Source: Myxococcales bacterium (lineage in GTDB: Bacteria; Myxococcota_A; Polyangia; Polyangiales; Polyangiaceae). Taken from it: a DNA stretch of 64,000 nucleotides. Position numbers and translations under genes: made by a program. The stretch covers positions 64,001-128,000 of the forward strand of contig JAYTOU010000031.1 of assembly GCA_043747615.1 (NCBI GenBank), read 5' to 3'. The notes below the pieces were generated by a model, which was given only the letters and a program-made list of their open reading frames with translations, searched no databases and was not told the DNA's origin. Of the stretch, positions 1-9,345 are shown in pieces (position 1 is the first letter of the stretch; each line of letters opens with the position of its first letter).

Positions 1-174
1 GCGTTCGGCTTGAACGTCGGCAAGCTCGCCCTTCAGGAGAGCGCGCGCACCCTCGAAGTGACGGCAGGAAAGCTCAGCACCTTGGCCGAGACTCTCGAAG
101 CAAAGAAGAAGAGCGACGTCAACGACGCCCCCGCGACCTCGGTCGAGACGGGATCAATCAAGACCACGGCCTAG
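1..174 (+). CDS. 3' end of a hypothetical protein (truncated by window start)
   Basis: Frame 1 is open from base 1 (AFGLNVGKLALQESARTLEV...IKTTA) to TAG at 172-174, with GC3-rich codons. Confidence 0.6.
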   Translation, partial: AFGLNVGKLALQESARTLEVTAGKLSTLAETLEAKKKSDVNDAPATSVETGSIKTTA

Positions 175-277
175 GTATCGCGCCTCTCTCCCGCTCCGGT
201 GCCGCGACACGGGCATGGAGCGGGCGAGAATGTCGAGGGCGGCGCAAGCGGCTGCGCCTCAGCGTCCACCGCTCCGA

Positions 278-601
278 TCACTTCTGAGCGATGCGGCGTT
301 TGCCGGTGCCGCGCGGCGTCGATTTTCCGGAGACGAGCGCTTCCAGGGGCAAGCCGAGGGCGCTCGCCAGTCGTGACGCTACGAAGAGCGACGGACCGAG
401 CTCACCCCGCTCGAGGCGAGCCACGTAGTTGACCGAGAGCTCCGCTGCCTCGGCGAGCTGGGCTTGCGTCCAACCGAGCTCCTGCCGAGCGCTGCGGATG
501 CTCTCCCCCACCGTGATCGCAAACTCGCGGGGATCGCTCGGTGGGTCGGAGACTGCGCGCCTCGTCGATTCCACCTTTGGTCTTCGGAAGCCCTGCTCCA
601 C
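278..601 (-). CDS. XRE-family helix-turn-helix transcriptional regulator
   Basis: IRSARQELGWTQAQLAEAAELSVNYVARLERG is a typical HTH_3 signature; start uncertain (GTG 601 or 574). Confidence 0.85.
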   Translation of the reverse strand: MEQGFRRPKVESTRRAVSDPPSDPREFAITVGESIRSARQELGWTQAQLAEAAELSVNYVARLERGELGPSLFVASRLASALGLPLEALVSGKSTPRGTGKRRIAQK

Positions 602-689
602 GATCTCAGGCTACCGATAGAACCGAGATTGTCACCGTGCGCAGGTGTGAGCGCGCCACAAGCCTTCCGGTGAGCTCGGCTCACGAAGG

Positions 690-1121
690 TCAGGGCTTGG
701 GCTCCCGCGCGATCAAGACGGAGCACGGCGCGTGGTTGACGATGCGCGCGGCGGTGGTGCCGAGGAGGTGATCGATCCCGCTGTAGCCATGAGTTCCCAC
801 CACGATGAGATCGACTTTCTCGGACTTCGCGAGATCGCAGATGATCTGCCAGGGAGCGCCGATGCGGGTCTCGATGCGTTCGACGAGCTCCGGGGCGAGG
901 CCCGTGATCGCCGCCTCCACCGCGGTGCGCGCGAGCTTCAAGGCGATCTGGGCTACGTGATCGGGTGAGTCGAGGAGCACTTCGGGCGGCAGCTCCTGGA
1001 CGATCCCAACGGCGCGCACCAGAATGAGCTTTGCCCCCGCCTGCGTGGCCATCATCGCCGCGGTCTGAAGAACGTAGTGCGCGCGGGGGGAGCCGTCGAT
1101 TGCGACGAGAATTCGTTTCAT
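690..1121 (-). CDS. Universal stress protein (UspA family)
   Basis: MKRILVAIDGS...DLIVVGTHG...LLGTTAARIVNHAPCSVL. Confidence 0.92.
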   Translation of the reverse strand: MKRILVAIDGSPRAHYVLQTAAMMATQAGAKLILVRAVGIVQELPPEVLLDSPDHVAQIALKLARTAVEAAITGLAPELVERIETRIGAPWQIICDLAKSEKVDLIVVGTHGYSGIDHLLGTTAARIVNHAPCSVLIAREPKP

Positions 1122-1171
1122 GCGCTGAGCCTACTGGCAAAAGACTGGCTTCAGGTAGTGTGTGTCCGGTC

Positions 1172-3085
1172 ATGTCCCTCTCACCGGAAGCCGCGCTCAT
1201 CACGGCGATCGCCGACGCTCTTCCCGTCGGGGTGTGGGTCGCTCGCGCGCCCGACGGCGCATTCGTCTACGCGAACCGCGCCTTCCAGGAGATCATGGGA
1301 CTCACGCCGCGCCACGAGGCAAAGGCCGGTGGCTACGCAGCGCCCTATGGAATCTATGGGCGCGACGGCAAGCTCTACCCGGAGGAGCGCCTCCCGTTCG
1401 CCTGCGTCGTGCGCACCAAGGCTCCGGTGGTCGTCGAGGACATCGTGATCCACCGCGGCGACGGCAAGCAGGTCTTCATCCGGGCGTTCGCCCAGCCCAT
1501 GTGCGATCCGGCGGGCGTGATGACACATGTCGCCGTCGCCTTCACGGACATCTCCGACGAGGTTCGCGCGAAAGAGACGAGCGAAGCCGTAGAAGCCCGC
1601 CTGCGGAACATCCTTGCCCACGTGCCGATGATCCTCTTTGCGTACGATAGCGAGGGCGTCGTCACCATCGCCGAAGGCCGAGGGGTGGAGGCTCTCGGGG
1701 GAGCCGAAAGTTTCTTGGGGCACTCGGTCTTCGACTTGTATGCCGACAGGCCAGAGATCCTCGCTGCCTGTCGGCGGGTGCTTGCAGGTGAGGGCTTCAC
1801 CAACGTCCTGCCTGTCGGCCAACTCGTCCTCGAGACGACGCAAACCCCGATGCGCGGCGCGACCGGCGCGGTCGTCGGCGTGACCGGCGTATCGACCGAC
1901 GTCACGGTGCGGGAACGGATGCACGCCCAGCTCGTTCAGTCGGAGCGGCTCGCGTCGATGGGACAGCTCGCAGCGACGGTCGCGCACGAGGTCAACAATC
2001 CGCTCACCTACGTCCTCGCAAACCTCGAAGTGCTGGCGCGACGGCTAGAAGCGCTCGGTCCGACCACGCCAGAAGGCTTCCGCGCCGAGGCGCTCGACCT
2101 CGTCAAGGCAACCCACGAGGGCGCCGATCGTGTCCGTCGCATCGTGCGCGGGTTGAAGGCATTCTCGCGTCAGGACGACGAGCCGGCAGCGGCGACGAAC
2201 GTGCAGCACGTGCTCGACCTATCGCTCGCCATCGCGGAGAACGAGATCCGCCATCGCGCGCGTCTCTGGAAAGACTACGGCCCGGTGAGCCTCGTCCTCG
2301 CGAACGAGATGCGTCTCAGCCAGGTGTTCGTGAACCTGCTCGTCAACGCCGCTCACGCCATCCCCGAGGGCAGCGCCGACAAGCACGAGATCCGGATCCG
2401 AACGTCGATGGTCGACGACGCTGTGGTCATTTCGATCGAGGACACCGGCGGTGGAATGGACCCCGAGCACCAGGCTCGCATTTTCGAGCCTTTCTTCACG
2501 ACGAAAGCCGTCGGGGTGGGCACGGGGCTCGGCCTCTCCGTTTGCTATGGAATCATCAACGGGTTCGGCGGCACGATCGAGTCGGAGAGCACTGTCGGCA
2601 AAGGAAGCACGTTTCGCGTTCGACTCCCCGCTCTCGCCACGCTGCCCGATGCGCCCGGCGCCACTGCCCCGCACGACGGACCGGCGCGTGAGGTGAAGGC
2701 CGTGCGCCGCGGGCGGGTGCTCATCGTCGACGATGACGGGAACGTCGCAAAGACGCTCGGCATGCTCCTCGAGCCGGAGCACGAGGTACGGGTGCTCACC
2801 AACGCCAAGGGAGCGCTCGAGCTTCTCGTCGGTGGCGCCGAATTCGATGTGATCTTTTGCGACCTCATGATGCCCGAGATGACAGGCATGGACCTTCACC
2901 GGTTGCTCAGCGACGCCGCGCCCGCGCACGCAGAGCGCATCGTCTTCATGACCGGCGGGGCGTTCACCGAGGCGGCGCAAGACTTTCTCAACCGCGTGCC
3001 TAACGCTCGCCTGGAAAAACCGTTCACCCAGTCCGAGCTCGACGACGCCACGCGCCGAAGACTGGCACTCAACGACGCCGGGTAG
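1172..3085 (+). CDS. PAS-PAS hybrid sensor histidine kinase with receiver domain
   Basis: Two PAS-like segments, H-box AHEVNNPL, N-box QVFVNLLVNA, FFTTK/GTGLGL, receiver LIVDDD...CDLMMP...KP; ATG at 1172 chosen. Confidence 0.92.
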   Translation: MSLSPEAALITAIADALPVGVWVARAPDGAFVYANRAFQEIMGLTPRHEAKAGGYAAPYGIYGRDGKLYPEERLPFACVVRTKAPVVVEDIVIHRGDGKQVFIRAFAQPMCDPAGVMTHVAVAFTDISDEVRAKETSEAVEARLRNILAHVPMILFAYDSEGVVTIAEGRGVEALGGAESFLGHSVFDLYADRPEILAACRRVLAGEGFTNVLPVGQLVLETTQTPMRGATGAVVGVTGVSTDVTVRERMHAQLVQSERLASMGQLAATVAHEVNNPLTYVLANLEVLARRLEALGPTTPEGFRAEALDLVKATHEGADRVRRIVRGLKAFSRQDDEPAAATNVQHVLDLSLAIAENEIRHRARLWKDYGPVSLVLANEMRLSQVFVNLLVNAAHAIPEGSADKHEIRIRTSMVDDAVVISIEDTGGGMDPEHQARIFEPFFTTKAVGVGTGLGLSVCYGIINGFGGTIESESTVGKGSTFRVRLPALATLPDAPGATAPHDGPAREVKAVRRGRVLIVDDDGNVAKTLGMLLEPEHEVRVLTNAKGALELLVGGAEFDVIFCDLMMPEMTGMDLHRLLSDAAPAHAERIVFMTGGAFTEAAQDFLNRVPNARLEKPFTQSELDDATRRRLALNDAG

Positions 3086-3086
3086 T

Positions 3087-3284
3087 CTCATCGAACGGGA
3101 AGACGGCGGCACGCAAATCAAGATGCTCGACTTCGGGATCTCGAAGCTGCTCGCCGACGAGAAACGCACCGACCTTCAAAGCGACGCACCGAAGGCGCTC
3201 ACCCGAATGGGCGTCGTGATCGGGACGCCGCAGTACACGTCGCCCGAGCAGCCTCAGGGACTGCCGCTCGAGTTCGGCCACTGA
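3087..3284 (+). pseudogene. Orphan Ser/Thr protein kinase fragment (subdomains VII-VIII)
   Basis: Not in the ORF track; my translation is LIEREDGGTQIKMLDFGISKLL...LTRMGVVIGTPQYTSPEQ...GH*, with no N-lobe or HRD. Confidence 0.8.
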
Positions 3285-3285
3285 G

Positions 3286-4026
3286 TTAAACCGTGACCCG
3301 GCGCGGGCTGAGCGTGACATCGAAAGCGATCTTTGCAGCGTGGCGCATGGCGCGCGCGTCGCCGGTGGTGAGGACCCGCGTCTCGCCCGAGCCTGTCGGT
3401 AGTGTCCACGTCGACGAGATCGAACGAAGGAGCTCTTTCACCGGATCGATGAGGCGCACGCCCGGGAGCGCCTCGCGAAAGCGTGGAGCAAGCGCGGGGT
3501 AGTGCGTGCACGCGAGGAGCAGCGCTTCGACGTTTCGTAGCGGGGCGACGATGTGCGCGATCTCTCGGCGGAGCGAAGGTGAATCGAGGTCACCTGCTTC
3601 CACGCGACCGGAGAGGGGCTGAGCGATCCGCTGGGTGACGATTCGGCCGTCGTCCGTGAGTGCGCGCCGGTAGCAACCGGAGAGAATGGTGCGCGCGCCT
3701 CCGATGACTCCGATGCTCGACGCCGACGTGGCGAGCGCAGCCCGGATCCCGTGCTCGATCATTCCGATGACAGGCAGCGGCGACGTGAGCGACGGAAGAA
3801 CGGTGCTGGCCGCGTTGCAAGCCACGACCAAGCAGGTGACGCCGCGTTCGGTGAGCGCCGCGATGACCCGTTCGAGTCTCGTGCGGAGCTGGGCCCGCGG
3901 AATTCTCCCGTACGGCGTCGACCCCGCGTCCGAGAAATAGACCACAGGAACATTCGGGTCGCGCGCGCGCAGTCGACGAAAAAAATCCAGGCCGCCGATC
4001 CCCCAGTCGACGATTCCCAGCATCAC
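3286..4026 (-). CDS. murI: Glutamate racemase-like protein (Asp/Glu racemase family)
   Basis: DWGIGG, PYG, VACNAAS and LACTHYP motifs give the two catalytic Cys; the motifs are divergent, so the substrate is uncertain. Confidence 0.75.
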   Translation of the reverse strand: MMLGIVDWGIGGLDFFRRLRARDPNVPVVYFSDAGSTPYGRIPRAQLRTRLERVIAALTERGVTCLVVACNAASTVLPSLTSPLPVIGMIEHGIRAALATSASSIGVIGGARTILSGCYRRALTDDGRIVTQRIAQPLSGRVEAGDLDSPSLRREIAHIVAPLRNVEALLLACTHYPALAPRFREALPGVRLIDPVKELLRSISSTWTLPTGSGETRVLTTGDARAMRHAAKIAFDVTLSPRRVTV

Positions 4027-4036
4027 GAAGGCCGCT

Positions 4037-5326
4037 TCACGGGTAACTCTGCGGCGCTACCCACCCCGCCCGGAGCGGGCCGGAGTCGAAGGCGAGGACG
4101 CGTGCGTTCCAGCCGACGTTGAGGAGCTCCGTCGTTCGTCCGGGAAAACGGCTCTCGAGGTACCACTTGAGCTCGTGCTCCGAGCGAATTGGATTGTACT
4201 TGAGCATCGTCTTCCAGCTCGGATCGGAGACCATGGTGCGCAGCGCCGCGGCGAACCGGGGATTCGAAAGATGGTTCTTGATCTGCCGCACCTTCGAGAG
4301 TGCGAGCCGCCCCGCGTCCCTCAGGGCGACGGGGACCGTGACCATGTCGATGATGAGTATCTTGCCGTCCGGTGCGAGCACCCGGCGCATTTCGTTCATC
4401 ATCGGATCCCAGTCGAGGTACCGGAACGACAGAAGCGAGACGATCACATCGAAGCTTCCGTCCGGGAAGGGGAGGCGGGGACCGTCGATGGTGTGGAAGC
4501 TCAACTTGGCGAGGTCTTTTCCCCGCGCCGTCGCCCGCTCGATCATCTTCTCCGAGGCATCGACGCCGACCCCCGATGCGATCCGACCTTCGAGGCGTGT
4601 GAGAAGAGCGCCGTTGCCGCAGCCCACGTCGAGCACCCGCGCGCCCACGGGAAGATGCTTCTCGATCCAGCGGCACTCGTCCTTTCGTACCGCGATGTCG
4701 CCGAAGACGTCGTCGTAGAGCGCGGCGACGGCGTCGTAGGTCACGTCCCCTTCTGGCTCGGCAGGCTCGAAGCGCGCCATCGGCTCGGCCTGCGCACCGA
4801 CGTATTTACGGAGCGAGCCGACGAGCCCGTGCGATTTTTTTCCCGGACAAGCGATGACGTAGAGGGGCGTGTCCTTTGCGAAGCCTTCCCAGCGGAAAGC
4901 GTCGGGCCTCGCGGAGATGGTCGTGTACCAATGGTAGCCGTAGGTCGCGACGCCGAACTGACGCGCGAAATAAGGCGCAAACCACCGCGCGGTGCGGCAC
5001 GCGTGAAAGCGCGCTTCGGCGCCGGCCGCGAAGGGGAGGCAGAGCTGGGTCCACTCGAACGGACTGAACTGCTCGGGCATCGACGTGGTGCGGAACATCG
5101 GTCCGTACATCCCGCTGTGGCCAATGAAGTGGAGCTCGCTCAAGGTCTCCCCCTCGCTTCGCACGCGCTCCATGGCCTCGACGAAGTCGCGCTTGCTCTC
5201 TACCCGCTCGAGGCGCACCACCGCGCCCGTGTTTTTGGCCCGCTTCTCGCTCGCCATCGTCTTGGCAGCGCGCTCGAACTTCGGGCCGCCGCCGCGGTAC
5301 AGAGTGGTGTAGCCGATCCAGATCAT
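4037..5326 (-). CDS. Class I SAM methyltransferase with N-terminal caspase/CHAT-like (His-Cys) domain
   Basis: C-terminal VLDVGCGNG, GVDAS, LPFPDGSFD; N-terminal LHFIGHSG...FHACRT; ATG 5326 overlaps the upstream stop (ATGA). Confidence 0.8.
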   Translation of the reverse strand: MIWIGYTTLYRGGGPKFERAAKTMASEKRAKNTGAVVRLERVESKRDFVEAMERVRSEGETLSELHFIGHSGMYGPMFRTTSMPEQFSPFEWTQLCLPFAAGAEARFHACRTARWFAPYFARQFGVATYGYHWYTTISARPDAFRWEGFAKDTPLYVIACPGKKSHGLVGSLRKYVGAQAEPMARFEPAEPEGDVTYDAVAALYDDVFGDIAVRKDECRWIEKHLPVGARVLDVGCGNGALLTRLEGRIASGVGVDASEKMIERATARGKDLAKLSFHTIDGPRLPFPDGSFDVIVSLLSFRYLDWDPMMNEMRRVLAPDGKILIIDMVTVPVALRDAGRLALSKVRQIKNHLSNPRFAAALRTMVSDPSWKTMLKYNPIRSEHELKWYLESRFPGRTTELLNVGWNARVLAFDSGPLRAGWVAPQSYP

Positions 5327-5835
5327 GACACCCGAGCTCGTTTGCTCTGCGGCTCGATCAACGCCGAGGCCGCGTCTGCCCAGGCTTGGCGTGACACGAT
5401 TTGCGCTGCTTCTGAGGGGATCCACGCTCCGCAGTCGTCGGTCACCACGAGGGTCTCGCGGTGGGTCACGTCGAAGACCCGCATCGCACGAATGCTCGGT
5501 CGGTAGACATGGAGGCTGAGGCCGCCTTCGCTGGCTTGCATGTCGTGGATGGACGCCTCGTCGACCGGGAGCCGCGCTGGCGCCCGAAAGATGCGGGTTT
5601 GCGTCACCTCGAGCCCCGAGCCGCATCGCGCCCAGGTGCGCTCGACGAACCGGCCACGAAGGAGCAAAACGAATCCGCGGGCATGACCGTGGTCGTGGGG
5701 GGCGCAGCGGCCGCCCTCGCCCCACGTCGCCAGGAGCACTTCGCAGCGACGGCCACGGTGGAGAATCGTGCGGCGGTAAGGGGTCAGCATTTCCCGGGTG
5801 ACTCTGATACGCCCGATCGGGCCCAGGTGTTCCAA
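5323..5835 (-). CDS. Cysteine/thiol dioxygenase family cupin
   Basis: YRR...W...APHDHG...G...E...IHDM...SLHVY (3-His site plus Ser-His-Tyr triad); start may be the ATG near 5790. Confidence 0.8.
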   Translation of the reverse strand: MEHLGPIGRIRVTREMLTPYRRTILHRGRRCEVLLATWGEGGRCAPHDHGHARGFVLLLRGRFVERTWARCGSGLEVTQTRIFRAPARLPVDEASIHDMQASEGGLSLHVYRPSIRAMRVFDVTHRETLVVTDDCGAWIPSEAAQIVSRQAWADAASALIEPQSKRARVS

Positions 5836-5881
5836 GTCTTTCGCCTTGTGCGAAGCGTTGGAAGGGTGAAGGGTCTTCGAC

Positions 5882-7015
5882 GTGAGCAGAAAACCGACGG
5901 CTTATTGGGACTACATTAGGGTGGAGGAGCTCTTGTCGCTCCAGGGGGGGCTCGCCGAGACCGACGCGGACCTCACGAACGACGAGGTTCTCTTCATCGC
6001 CGTTCACCAGATCGACGAGCTGTGGTTCAAGCTCATTCTGCGCGAGCTCGTGAGTGTGCGGAATCTCTTCGCGAAAGAATCGGTGCCCGAGCAAAGGCTG
6101 GCCTCTGCGGCGCGGGGCATCGGACGAATGTCGGTGCTCCTCCACCACCTCGCCGAGCATTTTGCGGTGATGGAGACCATGACCACCCGCGATTACCTGG
6201 CGTTCCGCGACAAGCTCAGCCCCGCGAGCGGTTTTCAATCGGGGCAGCTGCGCGAGATCGAAATTCTGCTCGGGCTCGCCCACGCCGACCGCATCCCCCT
6301 CGGCCATGAGCACACCTATATGACCGCGCTTCGCAACCACGACGGCTCCCCTTCGAGCGCGTCGCGCCGGGTGGAAGCGCGCATGGCCGACGCACCCACG
6401 CTCCTTACAGCGATCGACAGCTGGCTCCACCGAACACCGATTCAAGGTTCGGTGCCCGGCGACGAGGGAGACGCGGCCAGGGTCGGCGCGTTCATCGAAG
6501 CGTATTGCACGGCGCAGGCCAAGAGCGCCGGCGCGGGTCTGAAGATCGCCCGCGAGGTTGCGCTCACCCCGGCCGACGCGACGCGCCTCGAAGCGCGTTA
6601 CGAAAAAGAGATGGCGGGCGCGCGAGCTTTCTTGCTGGCCGAAGACATCCCCGAGGACGAGCGTGCGCGCAGCTCGCGAATTCGCGCGGCGCTGGTGTTC
6701 ATAGAGAGCTACCGTGAGCTTCCGCTCCTCGCCTGGCCGCGCGTCATCCTCGACGCCATCGTGGCGTTCGAGCAGGCCTTCGTCATCTTCCGCCAGCGTC
6801 ATGCGCGGATGGTCGAGCGCATGATCGGACGGCGCACGGGAACCGGCGGATCGTCTGGTGTCGACTACCTCGATCAAACGGCTGTGCGCTACCGCATCTT
6901 TCGCGACGTCTGGGCGGCGCGCACCATTCTCATCCGCGAAGCGGATCTGCCTCCCCTCGAAAATTCCGGATTTTACGACTTCGTTCTTGGTCCCGAACGG
7001 TACTCCTGCTTTTAG
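5882..7015 (+). CDS. kynA: Tryptophan 2,3-dioxygenase
   Basis: YWDYI..LLSLQ, DEVLFIAVHQIDELWFK, ASGFQS, RMIGRRTGTGGSSGVDYL. Confidence 0.93.
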   Translation: MSRKPTAYWDYIRVEELLSLQGGLAETDADLTNDEVLFIAVHQIDELWFKLILRELVSVRNLFAKESVPEQRLASAARGIGRMSVLLHHLAEHFAVMETMTTRDYLAFRDKLSPASGFQSGQLREIEILLGLAHADRIPLGHEHTYMTALRNHDGSPSSASRRVEARMADAPTLLTAIDSWLHRTPIQGSVPGDEGDAARVGAFIEAYCTAQAKSAGAGLKIAREVALTPADATRLEARYEKEMAGARAFLLAEDIPEDERARSSRIRAALVFIESYRELPLLAWPRVILDAIVAFEQAFVIFRQRHARMVERMIGRRTGTGGSSGVDYLDQTAVRYRIFRDVWAARTILIREADLPPLENSGFYDFVLGPERYSCF

Positions 7016-7767
7016 GGGCAATTGGCGGGCTTTCGGTGGCACTGTCGGGTTGAAGGTTGACACCATGAACCGCCGTAGCAGCCATTTGGCTGGCAGCGCG
7101 ATGTGGTGCACCCGGTGCAATCCGCGGGCACGCTCGGGGCGAGCATCGTGCACGCGGCCGCATCCCCGCCGGCCTCAGCGTCGGCGATGACGAGGACACC
7201 GCTGTCTCCCTCGCGACCGCTTGGGCCGGCGTCTGTGATGCGGACGCCCGCGTCCTCCTCCGTGGTGGCAACCGTGCCGCCTCCGTCGTCAAGTCCGAAC
7301 CCCCCGCCGCATTCGCTCTGCGGGATCGCGCGGGTAACCGGGGTCAGACTTCGAAGATAGGCGACGATGGCCGCGGCCTCTGCGTCCCCCATGCTCATGA
7401 AGTGCGGCATGGTCGGGCAGAGATGGGCACCTTGAGGGTCCACGCCCGCACGCATCGCCCTAAGGAGCGCCTCGTCACTCCACCCGCCGATGCCTGTCGC
7501 TTCGTCGGGGGTGAGGTTTCGACCGTAGGCGTGGGTGCCAGGCTGCGGCGTGGTTTGTCCGGAGAGGACGCCGTCCTCGGCGACGTCGGACTGATGACAC
7601 AGCCCGCACTTTCGCGCCTGGACGAAGCGTACGCCGTCTTGTACGCGGGACTCCCCGCTGTCACTGGCGGTGGCGGAAGACACGGGACTGCCGACGCTGC
7701 ATCCGACGAAGGGTGCAGTGAGGGCGATGGAGACGGCGAGCGGAAACCAAACGTGAGGAGCGTTCAT
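7012..7767 (-). CDS. Monoheme c-type cytochrome lipoprotein with Cys-rich tail
   Basis: Lipobox FVGC, CGLCH, NLTPD..TGIGGWS...MP (cytochrome-c pattern of ADH/gluconate dehydrogenase subunits). Confidence 0.8.
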   Translation of the reverse strand: MNAPHVWFPLAVSIALTAPFVGCSVGSPVSSATASDSGESRVQDGVRFVQARKCGLCHQSDVAEDGVLSGQTTPQPGTHAYGRNLTPDEATGIGGWSDEALLRAMRAGVDPQGAHLCPTMPHFMSMGDAEAAAIVAYLRSLTPVTRAIPQSECGGGFGLDDGGGTVATTEEDAGVRITDAGPSGREGDSGVLVIADAEAGGDAAACTMLAPSVPADCTGCTTSRCQPNGCYGGSWCQPSTRQCHRKPANCP

Positions 7768-7877
7768 GACGGAGCCCCTCAGCGAAACGCGTGCCGCTGA
7801 CCGACCTCTCTTTTTTTGGGCTATTTCGGCGACGCGACCTGTCCGCGCCAGGTTGTGCCTGTCCGCGGGACACATCG

Positions 7878-8492
7878 TTAGAGCGCGATCGTCCGCGAAG
7901 TCACTATTGCCTCTCCGGACAGGGCGACCGACAGATTTCTTACGACGCGGGCGAGATTCGCCATCAGCTCTTTTTCGGAGCTTCCCCAAGCCCAAAACGA
8001 GATCATGAGCTGGGTGCCGAGCTGCGCGTTGCCGGGGAGCGCGAGGTAGCGAACCGGGACGATCGTCGTTCCGATCATCCCCCACGCAAGGTCGGGATCG
8101 AGCGCTCCAAGGCGGTGATGGAGGCGCTCCTTGAGCGACTCGGTCGGCTGCCGCGCAACGTTCTCGGCGAGTGCGCGGTGGAGCACCATGATCCGCCCGG
8201 AGCACTGCAGGGGCTGGGCAAAGGCGGGAATGTCGTTGGCGTGCGGGCCGGTGAACGCGCAGTCGTTCGACTCGAGGGTGGACTCGCTTCCGTTGAGCCA
8301 CTCGATGAGCGTGTAGAATGCATCGATCGCCGGATAATGGCTCCAAGCGACGAAGTCCTCGAGCGACGTCCGGATTCGCGACGGCTCCGTTTTCAAATCA
8401 TAATAGCGGTAGTCCTCGCTCGCCCGGGCGTCGGTCCACGGATGGGAGCGCGGCTCGGTGAACGGGACGCCGTCGTACTCGCACGTTCTCAC
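7878..8492 (-). CDS. Hypothetical protein
   Basis: 204-aa ORF with globular composition, co-oriented with neighbours; no motif recognised. Confidence 0.65.
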   Translation of the reverse strand: MRTCEYDGVPFTEPRSHPWTDARASEDYRYYDLKTEPSRIRTSLEDFVAWSHYPAIDAFYTLIEWLNGSESTLESNDCAFTGPHANDIPAFAQPLQCSGRIMVLHRALAENVARQPTESLKERLHHRLGALDPDLAWGMIGTTIVPVRYLALPGNAQLGTQLMISFWAWGSSEKELMANLARVVRNLSVALSGEAIVTSRTIAL

Positions 8493-8493
8493 G

Positions 8494-9291
8494 TCATTTC
8501 GGGCATGACAGGGCGAGCGTTCGCGCCTTTGCCGTCACGGCGGTGAGCGATTTCGAGCTTCCCCAGCGCTCCCGCGATCCACGCCGACCGCGCCGCTTCG
8601 AACGCCGCCGGGGTGAGGAGCGCTGTGCCTCGCGTTTGTCCAGGTAGGCGGCGGCGATTTGACCGGCCTCCTTGATGCGCCCTGTCTCCGCGTAAGTGTC
8701 CACCAACCGCCGCGCCGCAAACGCGTGGTCATTCTCGGCCAACCGGGGCTCGGCGGCCCACTCGAGATCGCGTGCCTGCTGCTCCGCCTTCAGAAAAACG
8801 CCGATCCAGAGATCGAGATCGATCTCGTACCGGAGCTTCACGGCGTTGGGCGAGACAAGCGCGAAGTTCGGATCTGTGGCGAGGGCCGCGTCGAGGGGCG
8901 GGCCTGCCGTCGCAGGGTCGATGAGGAAGGACGCGCCCCCGAGCTGAAAAAAAAGCTCCGCGTCGTTCGGGAATTTCGCGATAGCGGCGTTGAGCCTCGC
9001 TTTCGCGTCCACCCAGGCGAAGTGATCGTCAGCGACGAGGGAGGTGAGGGTCTGGCCGACGATGAGCTCCATCGCGATGTAGGGAGTGCCGTCGAGCTCC
9101 CCGACGTCGAACACATGGACTGATGTTTCGTCGGAGAGCTCGCCCTCGCTTGGCGCGAGCAGCGTCGTCAGGGCGACCTCACGATGCAACCGGGAGTCCT
9201 GGGCGCGGTACACGCAGCCCATGCCGCCGCGACCGATGACCTCCTCGATGACGTAGCGATCGACCGTGTCTCCGGGTTTTAGCGTGAGCAA
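8494..9291 (-). pseudogene. Internally deleted Ser/Thr kinase-TPR gene
   Basis: RYVIEEVIGRGGMGCVYRA...EVAL(T in place of K)...VFDVGELDGTPYIAMEL, then jumps to TPR-like helices; no HRD, DFG or APE. Confidence 0.75.
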
Positions 9292-9345
9292 AGCGGCTTC
9301 AAATATAGGGAAAAACCACGAGAAAAGCTCGCTCGATCCGGAGAG

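Noticed and set aside
4037..7153. 1038-aa minus-strand ORF as one giant protein
   Set aside because: Only 4037-5326 looks like a real protein; the upstream part is antisense to TDO and out of frame with the cupin gene, a high-GC open-frame artefact
7836..7874. Duplicated CCTGTCCGCG with small hairpins near a T-tract
   Set aside because: Only two short GC-rich copies; could be chance or a weak terminator, and no function can be supported
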